Source of the DNA: a bacterium
GTDB lineage: Bacteria > UBP7 > UBA6624 > JBBIMK01
Reading direction: 5' to 3'
NCBI GenBank assembly: GCA_037444445.1
Contig: JBBIMK010000010.1
Span: forward strand, 1-32,000
DNA: 32,000 nt
The translations under genes were made by a program, and so were the position numbers. This document shows, piece after piece, positions 1-7,978 of this stretch. Position 1 is the stretch's first letter. Every line of letters starts with the position of its first letter. A model generated the notes under the pieces. That model was not told the origin of the DNA. It saw nothing but the letters and a program-made list of their open reading frames with translations, and searched no databases.

Positions 1-110
1 CATTATAATTATACCAGAAAATCCAGGATTTTGCAAGCCACGATATAAAGGCATCGGGGTCGGGGCTTCGTTCCGGGGGGGGTGGGTGAAGGGTGAGTGG
101 TGAGGCGGGG

Positions 111-139
111 TTGACATTTTGCAGGGATGTGGTTACACT
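111..139 (+). promoter_or_regulatory. Candidate sigma70-type promoter of the polyamine operon
   Basis: TTGACA (111-116), 17-nt spacer, TACACT (134-139). GGAGGTGA Shine-Dalgarno at 152-159, 4 nt before the TTG start at 164. Confidence 0.5.
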
Positions 140-163
140 TGAAGGTATGGTGGAGGTGAACCG

Positions 164-1234
164 TTGTACGATACGCAGATTCTGAGCCGGATAGCGGAAG
201 TGGCGGAGAAGAAGACGAGTATCCCGGCTTATCCGGAAAGCGTCCAGCGGGTTCTCTCTGCTGTTCAACAGTCCTCCGCTTACTGGGACATTGTTAGCCA
301 GGCGGAGGAGCCTGTTCCTCTCACGGCAGAAATTCTGAATCTTCTCCGGCAGGAGGGATTGATTCAGGTGGAGGAGGAGATGTTTTTTCTCACGGGTGAA
401 GGGGTGGCTTTCTGCAAGGAGAATCATATTCGTTTCAGCGGGGTTAGGGCCTGCCCGTTTTGTGAGGGCAGGGCGCTGGATATACAGCCGTATTCGGATA
501 CGCTGGAAGCATTTGAGGAGATTGTGAAGCAAAGGCCCCCTGCCCTGCAAGCCTACGACCAGGGGTTTGTAACACCCCGGACGACGGTGGCGAGGGTGGC
601 GCACATGGACTTCAGGGGGGATTTACGGGGGAAAGCCCTTTTGATTTTGGGGGATGATGACCTGGTGAGCGTGGCGGCAGGCATTTCCTCTCTCCCTTCT
701 CACATCTGCCTGATAGAGGTGGATTCTCGTTTAACTTCTTTTGTGCGCTCTGTATCCCGGGAATATCACCTGAAGATTGAGGTGGTGGAGCAGGATTTAA
801 GACAGCCTCTGCCGTCTTTTCTTCTGGGGCGGTTTGACACCTTTGAAATGGACCCGGTGGAGAGCCGAAAGGGGTTTGAACTTTTTCTTCAGCGGGGGCT
901 TGGGGGCCTGAAGGGTCCACGGAAAGCGGGTTATTTCGGTCTTACTCGCCTGGAATCCTCCCTGGATAAGTGGTGGGACTTTCAGCAGGTTCTTTTGAAA
1001 AATCGTGCTGTGATAACGGACATTTACCCTGGATTTAACCAGTATGCCCTGTGGGATTATCATTCACAGACACGGGCAGCGCGGCTGGCACCTGTGCCTC
1101 AGATGCCTAAAAATATCTGGTATACCTCTTACTGGTTCCGCATTGAGACCCTGAAAGGGTTTCAGCCCACCAATGTGCCCTTCACGGAGCCGAAGGAAGT
1201 TTTGTATGCGGATGAAGAATCCAGCACCACCTGA
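164..1234 (+). CDS. bpsA: N4-bis(aminopropyl)spermidine synthase (branched-chain polyamine synthase, DUF43 family)
   Basis: 356-aa ORF with a TTG start. Motifs LILGDDDLVSVAAG, EVDSRL, FDTFEMDP and GYFGLTRLESSLDKW...VITDI match my memory of Thermococcus/Thermus BpsA. It is the first gene of a speH-speE-speB cluster. Confidence 0.8.
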   Translation: MYDTQILSRIAEVAEKKTSIPAYPESVQRVLSAVQQSSAYWDIVSQAEEPVPLTAEILNLLRQEGLIQVEEEMFFLTGEGVAFCKENHIRFSGVRACPFCEGRALDIQPYSDTLEAFEEIVKQRPPALQAYDQGFVTPRTTVARVAHMDFRGDLRGKALLILGDDDLVSVAAGISSLPSHICLIEVDSRLTSFVRSVSREYHLKIEVVEQDLRQPLPSFLLGRFDTFEMDPVESRKGFELFLQRGLGGLKGPRKAGYFGLTRLESSLDKWWDFQQVLLKNRAVITDIYPGFNQYALWDYHSQTRAARLAPVPQMPKNIWYTSYWFRIETLKGFQPTNVPFTEPKEVLYADEESSTT

Positions 1235-1360
1235 AGGGGGGCAACAGGCAGAAAGCAGGAGCAATGAACGAGATGTTGAATAGTTTCGTAAACCAGTTTG
1301 ACGGGCATAAACGGCTAATGGCAACCTGGCTACACCGGTATGTGACAAGGGGGTGGGAAG

Positions 1361-1756
1361 ATGCACAAGGGTAGCACTGGTTCTTCATTCAGGAAATCGC
1401 TCCGTGCCCGCCGGGCACTGGGGCATCATTTGATTCTGGACTTCTGGGAGTGTGACCCGTCTGCCCTGATTTCCACGGAGGTAATAGAAAGTGCATTGAG
1501 GGAAGCAGTGGAGGCCTGTGAGGCGTCGCTGATTGAAATGAGGGTTCACACTTTTCCCAGTGGAGGCATCACGGGGATGGCCATTGTGAAGGAGTCGCAC
1601 ATTTCCATCCACACCTGGCCCGAGTTGCGGTATGCGGCGGTGGACATCTTTACCTGCGGTGCGACCCAGCCGAATGCGGCTGCTCCCGTTTTCCAGCATC
1701 ACCTGATGGCCGGTCGGACGGATATGCTGGAAATCCGGCGGGGAGCGTGGATGTGA
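1361..1756 (+). CDS. speH: S-adenosylmethionine decarboxylase proenzyme (pyruvoyl-dependent, SpeH/SpeD class 1)
   Basis: 131 aa. LGHHLILDFWECD N-terminal region and the self-cleavage/pyruvoyl motif KESHISIHTWPE. AAGGGGGTGGGAAG precedes the ATG. Confidence 0.9.
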   Translation: MHKGSTGSSFRKSLRARRALGHHLILDFWECDPSALISTEVIESALREAVEACEASLIEMRVHTFPSGGITGMAIVKESHISIHTWPELRYAAVDIFTCGATQPNAAAPVFQHHLMAGRTDMLEIRRGAWM

Positions 1757-2613
1757 CTTCACCCCGGGCTTTACGGGGTGATAGGTTCACGGAAGAGTTT
1801 ATACCCGCTTATCGGAACTCCTTTCAAGTGAAGTCGGTTCTGAAAAATTATCACACGGGCCATCAGCATCTGTTGTTATTTGAAAATCCGTGGTGGGGTA
1901 AGGTTCTGGTTCTGGATGGCGCCGTGCAACTCACGGAGAAGGATGAGTTCTTTTATCATGAAGCCCTGGTTCATCCCCCTCTGGTTCTGTCGGAAGGTGT
2001 GGGCTCGGTTCTGATTCTGGGGGGTGGAGATGGATGCGCCCTGAGGGAGGTTTTGAAGCACCCGGTTCGGGAGGTTCTTCTGGTGGACCTGGATGAGGAG
2101 GTGGTGGAGACCTGCCGGCGCTTTTTATCTCCGTTGAACGGTGGTGCTTTTGATGACCCGAGGGTGAGGGTGAAAATTGAGGATGCATTCCTCTTCCTTC
2201 GCAAGTGCCGACGGAAGTTCTCCACGATTGTGGTGGACCTGACAGACCCGATAGGGCCTGCCTCAACCTTGCAAAGTGAGGAATTTCTGATACAATTAAA
2301 TCGTGCTTTGAAAAAGGACGGAATGGCTGTGATGCAAAGCGGGTCACCTCTGATGAAGAAAGAACGGATGAAGGGCTTATGGGAACGGGCGAAGCATATA
2401 TTTCCCGGCGTCTGGGTGTATCTTTCTCCTGTGCCTTCGTATCCGGGTGGGTTGTGGTCTTTCCTGCTCCTCAGCCCGCGTCCGCCAGAGAGCATAGACT
2501 TACGCCGGGCGAAGCGGAAACTCCAGCGGATACCACACCTCTCTTTCCTTACCCATGCATTTTTGACGGGCATCTTTGAGGCGCCTGGATTTATAAAGAG
2601 GGAGATGAGATGA
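1747..2613 (+). CDS. speE: Polyamine aminopropyltransferase (spermidine synthase family; possibly agmatine aminopropyltransferase)
   Basis: 288 aa with a GTG start overlapping the speH end by 10 nt. Motifs LDGAVQLTEKDEFFYHE, ILGGGDG, VDLDEEVV, DLTDPIGPA. Confidence 0.9.
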   Translation: MDVTSPRALRGDRFTEEFIPAYRNSFQVKSVLKNYHTGHQHLLLFENPWWGKVLVLDGAVQLTEKDEFFYHEALVHPPLVLSEGVGSVLILGGGDGCALREVLKHPVREVLLVDLDEEVVETCRRFLSPLNGGAFDDPRVRVKIEDAFLFLRKCRRKFSTIVVDLTDPIGPASTLQSEEFLIQLNRALKKDGMAVMQSGSPLMKKERMKGLWERAKHIFPGVWVYLSPVPSYPGGLWSFLLLSPRPPESIDLRRAKRKLQRIPHLSFLTHAFLTGIFEAPGFIKREMR

Positions 2614-3458
2614 GAGCCTTTGCGCTTGCGAGTGAGGTAGAGAATCCACGATTTATTCTGGTGGGGGTGCCGATGGACCTGACGGAAACCTATCGGAAGG
2701 GGGCGGCGAAGGGTCCCTCCGCCTATCGTTTTGCCTCCGCCAGCATAGAAACTTATAGTTTACGGCTGGGCCGGGACCTGGAGCATATCGGCCTGGCGGA
2801 CGACGGCGACCTCCTGGGTATTGTGAATGTGGAGGAGGGGCGGAAAACTCTGGAGAGCAAAGTTCTTCACATCCTGACAAGGAAAGCCTTCCCCGTGTTC
2901 ATCGGTGGAGAGCATACGCTTACGCTGGGCGTCCTCGGGGGGTTGAAATCCCGGTATCCGGATTTGAAGGTTGTGATTCTGGATGCTCATTTTGACCTGA
3001 GGGATACCTATCCGGTGGAAGGGAATGAGAAGGTGAACCATGCCACCTGGGCGCGGCGTGCGGCGGAAATTCTCGGCGATGGGAGTATGGCTTTCTTTGG
3101 TGTTCGCTCGGGCATTCCAGAAGAAGTGGCGTATACACGAGCCCATCACTTTCCGTGGTTTTCGGAAGTGGAACTCCGCCCGCTGGAGGAATTTATCGGT
3201 CGTCAGCCCGTGTATCTTTCCATAGATATAGATGTCCTGGACCCCTCCCTCTGCCCGGGCACTTCCAATCCTGAACCGAATGGCCTGTCTTACGCCAATG
3301 TGTTAAAAGTTTTAGACCTGATGGCAGGATACCATCTGGTGGGATTGGACCTGGTGGAATTGAACCCTGAAATGGATGCGGGGGAAATCACTTCGGTTGT
3401 GGCAGCAAGCCTGGTGCGGGAAGCCCTGTTAAGCATTGCAGGGAGAAGGCTCACCTGA
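2610..3458 (+). CDS. speB: Agmatinase / ureohydrolase family (possibly N1-aminopropylagmatine ureohydrolase)
   Basis: 282 aa with an ATGA start/stop overlap with speE. Arginase-fold Mn-binding motifs GGEHTLT, LDAHFDLRD, LSIDIDVLDP. Confidence 0.9.
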   Translation: MRAFALASEVENPRFILVGVPMDLTETYRKGAAKGPSAYRFASASIETYSLRLGRDLEHIGLADDGDLLGIVNVEEGRKTLESKVLHILTRKAFPVFIGGEHTLTLGVLGGLKSRYPDLKVVILDAHFDLRDTYPVEGNEKVNHATWARRAAEILGDGSMAFFGVRSGIPEEVAYTRAHHFPWFSEVELRPLEEFIGRQPVYLSIDIDVLDPSLCPGTSNPEPNGLSYANVLKVLDLMAGYHLVGLDLVELNPEMDAGEITSVVAASLVREALLSIAGRRLT

Positions 3459-3547
3459 GAATGGGAACGGTGGAAGGAGGAATGCGGAATTGCTTAGCGG
3501 ATTGCCTCCCGGGATTTGTGCCTTTCCACTGGAATGGGAGGACTTCA

Positions 3548-3556
3548 TGGTAGAAT
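3548..3556 (+). promoter_or_regulatory. Possible extended -10 element (TGGTAGAAT) upstream of the usp gene
   Basis: TGG (3548-3550) plus TAGAAT (3551-3556), about 20 nt upstream of the ATG at 3576. No good -35. The same 9-mer recurs at 5543-5551 and 18517-18525. Confidence 0.3.
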
Positions 3557-3575
3557 GGGGGAGGGACTGGATGAA

Positions 3576-4085
3576 ATGAAACTGGAAAAAATCCTCTGCG
3601 CACTGGACCTTTCTCAGATGTCGGAAAAGATTCTGGATTATGCTCTTTTCCTCACGAAGAAACTGGACGCCCGATTGTATCTCCTTCATGTGGTGGACCG
3701 GAGTTCGTTCATCATTACACAGGAGGGGAAATCCCTCTCCGAGACCTCCCGTAAAGCCCTGGAACAGGTCTATGAGGAATATCTGGAGATTGCCAGGGCA
3801 AAACTGGATGAGTTTGTGACCTGGGTGAAGGAGCGGGGTTTTGAGGAAGTGGAAGGGGTGATACGGGAGGGGAATCCTGCGGAGGAAATCGTCTGGTTTG
3901 CCGAGGCAGAAGGGATGCACCTGATTGTGATGGGTACTCGGGGATGGACGGGGATTCAAGCGCTTCTGTTAGGTTCTACCGCTGAGCGAGTGGTGAAACT
4001 CGCGGAAAAGCCTGTTTTGGTCGTTCGTGTAGAGTATTTAGAGGGTGAAGAGGCGGGTGGAGAGCCTGCTTCTGACCCCGGATAA
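3576..4085 (+). CDS. Universal stress protein (UspA family)
   Basis: The Usp fold starts at MKLEKILCALDLS, followed by LYLLHVV and IVMGTRGWTGIQALLLGSTAERVVKLAEKPVLVVR. I prefer the internal ATG at 3576 (GGGAGG just upstream) over the ORF-track start at 3516. Confidence 0.85.
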   Translation: MKLEKILCALDLSQMSEKILDYALFLTKKLDARLYLLHVVDRSSFIITQEGKSLSETSRKALEQVYEEYLEIARAKLDEFVTWVKERGFEEVEGVIREGNPAEEIVWFAEAEGMHLIVMGTRGWTGIQALLLGSTAERVVKLAEKPVLVVRVEYLEGEEAGGEPASDPG

Positions 4086-4133
4086 AGAATCCATCCGGAA
4101 TCCAATTCCGAAGTCGTCATCCGGGGCGGCAGA

Positions 4134-5399
4134 TTATGATTCGGAAGGGGGAACTTCTTCTTCCTTTCCTTCCGTGCCGGAAGGTGCAGGTTTCCCGTGA
4201 ATTACCGGAGTTAGAGCGGTTTTGAAATCAAACCGGAGGATATGTTTCCCATCCGTTTTATGGCAGGGGAGGCAGATGGCTTCCGTTATTTTTCCATATT
4301 CGGGGATTTTTTCAAGGCGCTTGACCTGAAAGGAGTAAGCGGAGAGGATATGCTCGGCACCTGGGCCGTGGCAGGATTCGCATCCGACGGTGATGTCCCC
4401 TGCCTCGTCCATGGGGCTGTGGCAGGGTTTGCATTTTTCGTCCTTCCCTTCAAAGGCTTTGCCATGGGGAGAGGTTTTCCACTGGAGATGTTCAGAAGAG
4501 TGGCAGCGGATGCAGAGGGCATTGCCGACGCGAAGGGGAGTGGAAGGGCCCCCGGGCTTTCCCTTTTTTTTGATTTTCGCGATGTCCGGGAGGGCTTTCG
4601 CGCTGACCTTTTCACCTTTTCGTGTGGGCATACGCTCGTAAAGAAAATACGGCTGTGGGGCTGTGAAGTTGACATACAGGTGAGTGATTTGCTCGCACGG
4701 GTCTGCCCCGGTTCGTATCGTATCGTCGTCAATCCGAAGGGGTGAATAGAAGCCGGAGTGCATATCCAGGAACACATTCACCCGGTTTTTAAATTTTTCC
4801 ACCAGTTGTGTAATCCTCCAATCATCCAGGTGGGCGATGACGACCACGAAGGGAATATCCGCAGGAAGGAGGGAGAGATTCCGTTCCAGGGCATCCTCTT
4901 CATTTTCCAGGAACCAGTCCACCGGGACCTGGAAGCGGTCTACGAGGTTAAAAAAGGCGATGCGGGTGCCGCGAATCAAATCCAGGATGACGGGCACGGT
5001 GCCGGGGGAGGAGCCGTTGGTGAGGAGGAAGGGCAAGCCAATCTCTGCCCGCAGTTTGCCGATGTCATTCCTGGAGAGTTGTAAGTCTTTTTCGCCCAGA
5101 GCCACGAAGGCATATTCATCCTTCTTCAGGAGGGAAAGGGCGCCAGCAAGAATGGAATAATCCGGGCTGTCCACCAGGTCACCGGCATCCAGGAAATACA
5201 CTGTAGAGTCCTCCTGACGAATTTTCTGGATGATGGTGGAGCGTTCAGCGAAGCCACCCATTTCTTTTCCATCGCAAAGGCAGTGTTCAATCCGCCCGCG
5301 GGTATTACCCGTGAAGAAGAGAGAGAATTCAAAAGGAACAGGCGCTGCGGGGGAGGTGAACGATAGAAGGATAAGGGCTCCCACCAGGCTTTTGTTCAT
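4134..5399 (-). CDS. Secreted protein: degenerate 5'-nucleotidase/metallophosphatase-like N-domain fused to a C-terminal tetrahaem cytochrome c domain
   Basis: 421 aa with signal peptide MNKSLVGALILLSFTSPAAP. UshA-like layout (FFTGNTRGR...FLDAGD...ALGEKDL) with altered metal ligands. Four CxxCH haem motifs (CIRCH, CKPCH, CESCH, CLPCH) in the last ~130 aa. Confidence 0.75.
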   Translation of the reverse strand: MNKSLVGALILLSFTSPAAPVPFEFSLFFTGNTRGRIEHCLCDGKEMGGFAERSTIIQKIRQEDSTVYFLDAGDLVDSPDYSILAGALSLLKKDEYAFVALGEKDLQLSRNDIGKLRAEIGLPFLLTNGSSPGTVPVILDLIRGTRIAFFNLVDRFQVPVDWFLENEEDALERNLSLLPADIPFVVVIAHLDDWRITQLVEKFKNRVNVFLDMHSGFYSPLRIDDDTIRTGADPCEQITHLYVNFTAPQPYFLYERMPTRKGEKVSAKALPDIAKIKKKGKPGGPSTPLRVGNALCIRCHSSEHLQWKTSPHGKAFEGKDEKCKPCHSPMDEAGDITVGCESCHGPGAEHILSAYSFQVKRLEKIPEYGKITEAICLPCHKTDGKHILRFDFKTALTPVIHGKPAPSGTEGKEEEVPPSES

Positions 5400-5523
5400 T
5401 CCTGTTTCACCTTTATCATTGTATCATACTTCTTGTGAAAGGCTAAGAAGGCAGGTTGAAGATGGTAAGGGGTTCACCACTGGATGCGACGAACCCGATT
5501 TTATGCTTTTCGCACCCTGACTC

Positions 5524-5551
5524 TTGACTTTTTTTTTATTCGTGGTAGAAT
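5524..5551 (+). promoter_or_regulatory. Candidate sigma70 promoter of rpoD (extended -10)
   Basis: TTGACT (5524-5529), 16-nt T-rich spacer, TGG + TAGAAT (5543-5551). Lies ~90 nt upstream of the rpoD ATG. Confidence 0.55.
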
Positions 5552-5640
5552 GGAATAATGGATTGGATGAATGTGGATGCAAAAAGAGGAAAGTTAAGTA
5601 AGAAATCCAGTCCAGAATAATAGAAGGGAAGGGATTTTTT

Positions 5641-6768
5641 ATGAGTCTGGATATGGAAGAGGAAGAGGGGTTAGAAATCACGGAGGAGAGTATCGGGAGT
5701 TTACCTCCTCGGATAGAGCATTTGCTGCGGAAGGGGAGGAAGAGGGGATATATTCTCTTTGAAGAGATTTCCAAATGCCTGGATGAAGAGGAGTACAGTG
5801 TGGAAGGATATGATGAACTCTTTTTTCTTCTGGATCGGGTGGGGATAGAGGTCATCAGCCGGAGGGAGTATGAGAAGCGAACCCGTGCTGGGAAGAAGGC
5901 CCGGGGATTATATCGGGAGGGGGAGACGGAAGAAATTCCCGTAGAAGATACCATCAAATTATATCTACGAGAAATCTCCCAGGACAGTCTACTGACCCCG
6001 GAAGAGGAGATAGAGATTGCGAAGAGAATCAAAGAAGGCGACGAGGGAGCCAAGCACGAGTTAGCGGAGGGGAATTATCGTCTGGTGGTGAGTATCGCCC
6101 GGCGGTATACCGGGCGTGGACTGTCGTTTATGGACTTAATTCAGGAGGGCTCACTGGGGCTGCTGAAAGCGGTGGAAAAGTTTGATTATACGAAGGGGTA
6201 TAAATTCTCTACCTACGCCACCTGGTGGATTCGGCAGGCGATTACCCGGGCTCTGGCTGACCAGGGCGACATCGTCCGTAAGCCCGTTCACATGGTAGAA
6301 ACCATCAACAAATACAAGAAGGTCGTCAATGACCTCCAGCAGAGGACGGGTAAGACTCCGGACCTCCAGACGGTGGCGAAAGAAATGAATCTGCCCCCTG
6401 AAAAAGTGGATGAAATCCGTCAGATTTCCCAGAAAATTATCTCTCTGGAACTCCCCATCGGAGAGGACGACGAAAGCACCCTGCTGGATTTCATAGAGGA
6501 CAAATCCATTCCCACCCCGGAAGAATCCCTGGACCGAGAAATGCTGAAGAACGACCTGGAGAAACTGATGGAAGATGTGCTGACGACCCGGGAGAGGCAG
6601 GTGATTCGTATGCGTTACGGATTTGTAGATGGGAACCCGAAAACTCTGGAAGAAGTGGGGAATTATTTCAAGGTTACCCGGGAGCGAATTCGCCAGATTG
6701 AATCCAAAGCCCTGGCGAAACTCAGGGCCCCGGGCAGGAAACGAAAAATGAGCGACTATCTGGATTAA
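5641..6768 (+). CDS. rpoD: RNA polymerase primary sigma factor (sigma70 family, group 1)
   Basis: 375 aa. Acidic region 1, region 2 ([40 protein letters not shown]), region 4 ([28 protein letters not shown]). Confidence 0.95.
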   Translation: MSLDMEEEEGLEITEESIGSLPPRIEHLLRKGRKRGYILFEEISKCLDEEEYSVEGYDELFFLLDRVGIEVISRREYEKRTRAGKKARGLYREGETEEIPVEDTIKLYLREISQDSLLTPEEEIEIAKRIKEGDEGAKHELAEGNYRLVVSIARRYTGRGLSFMDLIQEGSLGLLKAVEKFDYTKGYKFSTYATWWIRQAITRALADQGDIVRKPVHMVETINKYKKVVNDLQQRTGKTPDLQTVAKEMNLPPEKVDEIRQISQKIISLELPIGEDDESTLLDFIEDKSIPTPEESLDREMLKNDLEKLMEDVLTTRERQVIRMRYGFVDGNPKTLEEVGNYFKVTRERIRQIESKALAKLRAPGRKRKMSDYLD

Positions 6769-6784
6769 AGAGGGGGGATGAAGA

Positions 6785-7966
6785 ATGAAAGGCAAAGGAT
6801 TTACACTGATTGAAATGCTGGTGATTATCACCATCATTGGCATCCTGATTAGTATTGCCCTGCCCAACTTTATGAAAGCCAAATACAAGGCGTTAGAGGT
6901 GGAAACGAAAACCGGCGTGCATACCATACAGTTGGCGCTGGAGCGTTTTCATACAGATAAGAATGGGTATCCTGGCTATATCTGGGGAGGGACTGTGGAC
7001 TCGTGGTGCTGGGACCCGGCGACGAATTATCCCCGCTCCAACTGCTACCGCAATGATATGTTCATTCCACCTTCTGTTGCGCCGGGAAACGGGTATAATC
7101 GGGTTCTGGACCCACTCATCCGATATGGATATCTGAAAAGTTATCCGCTCAATCCGTTTGTCAGGAGCCTCTTTTCACTTTGCAGTCGGGTGGATAACGA
7201 CCCGAGGTTCGGGTGTGGACCCGGCACGGAATACCGTTCTGTAATGGGAAATGTTTTACCGGACCCTAACTTTGCGGATTCCCCCTTTGGCGACGTAAAT
7301 ACCATTGGCTTCACGGCGCGGATGGCGGGCGTAGAGGCTGCCTGGGGCGGTAGGATTTACTTCGTCGGCGATAACAATATGCAGAATCAGGACTGGATTC
7401 CGGGGGAATTTTTCTACCGGAGTTATCAGCCCGGGCGCACCTTGCCCTGGTGCGGGATAGTCGGGGTGGACCCGCAGGGTAACCGGGGGCAGGATGGTCA
7501 GGATGCTTTCCACATGAGTTGCGAATCGGATGCCCTGGGAGAATACTACATTCTCGGGGCCTATGGCGCTCCGATTACACCCGGGATGGACCTATTCTGC
7601 GAGCCGGGGGTAACCTGCAATTATGACCAGATTCCACCCCCCACCCCTCAGAACCCCTGCGCACCGGATATTGAGCCTGACCACGGGTATAATGACACCA
7701 AATATCCTGCGGGGATTCCCAATGTAGCCTTCTTTGACCGGTTGGACCCCGATGGTGACGGAGACATAAACTCTGAGGACTGCAATGGCAACGGGACCAC
7801 AGGTGATATGGGCGACTGCGATGCGGGCGGTCCTAACGGGCTCAGAGAAGAGCCCCGGCTCTCCCTGGGACAAAAACTGAAACTGGACCGGGTGGGCTAT
7901 GGCTTTCCGGATTGCATTCGTGACGGTATTATCATAGCGTTAGGCTCGGGTTCGCCTCTTTTCTGA
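6785..7966 (+). CDS. Prepilin-type N-terminal cleavage/methylation domain protein (type IV pilin / T2SS pseudopilin-like) with a large Cys-rich C-terminal domain
   Basis: 393 aa. Class III signal MKGKG|FTLIEMLVIITIIGILISIALPNF, 12 Cys, and an EF-hand/dockerin-like DPDGDGDINSED loop. AGAGGGGGG Shine-Dalgarno upstream. Confidence 0.85.
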   Translation: MKGKGFTLIEMLVIITIIGILISIALPNFMKAKYKALEVETKTGVHTIQLALERFHTDKNGYPGYIWGGTVDSWCWDPATNYPRSNCYRNDMFIPPSVAPGNGYNRVLDPLIRYGYLKSYPLNPFVRSLFSLCSRVDNDPRFGCGPGTEYRSVMGNVLPDPNFADSPFGDVNTIGFTARMAGVEAAWGGRIYFVGDNNMQNQDWIPGEFFYRSYQPGRTLPWCGIVGVDPQGNRGQDGQDAFHMSCESDALGEYYILGAYGAPITPGMDLFCEPGVTCNYDQIPPPTPQNPCAPDIEPDHGYNDTKYPAGIPNVAFFDRLDPDGDGDINSEDCNGNGTTGDMGDCDAGGPNGLREEPRLSLGQKLKLDRVGYGFPDCIRDGIIIALGSGSPLF

Positions 7967-7978
7967 GGGGAAGTTCGT

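Noticed and set aside
1971-2573. 200-aa and 138-aa minus-strand ORFs (also 1931-2347)
   Set aside because: They are antisense to speE, Arg/Ser/Pro-rich, and have no recognisable family. Shadow ORFs.
5424-6053. 209-aa Ser-rich minus-strand ORF
   Set aside because: It spans the rpoD promoter, leader and N-terminal coding region in antisense. The Ser/Leu-rich composition mirrors the Glu/Arg-rich rpoD region 1. It has no start context.
6151-6927. 258-aa ORF on the minus strand
   Set aside because: It is antisense to the strongly supported rpoD and pilin-like genes. It has low-complexity composition and no motifs. This is a typical shadow ORF in G+C-rich coding DNA.
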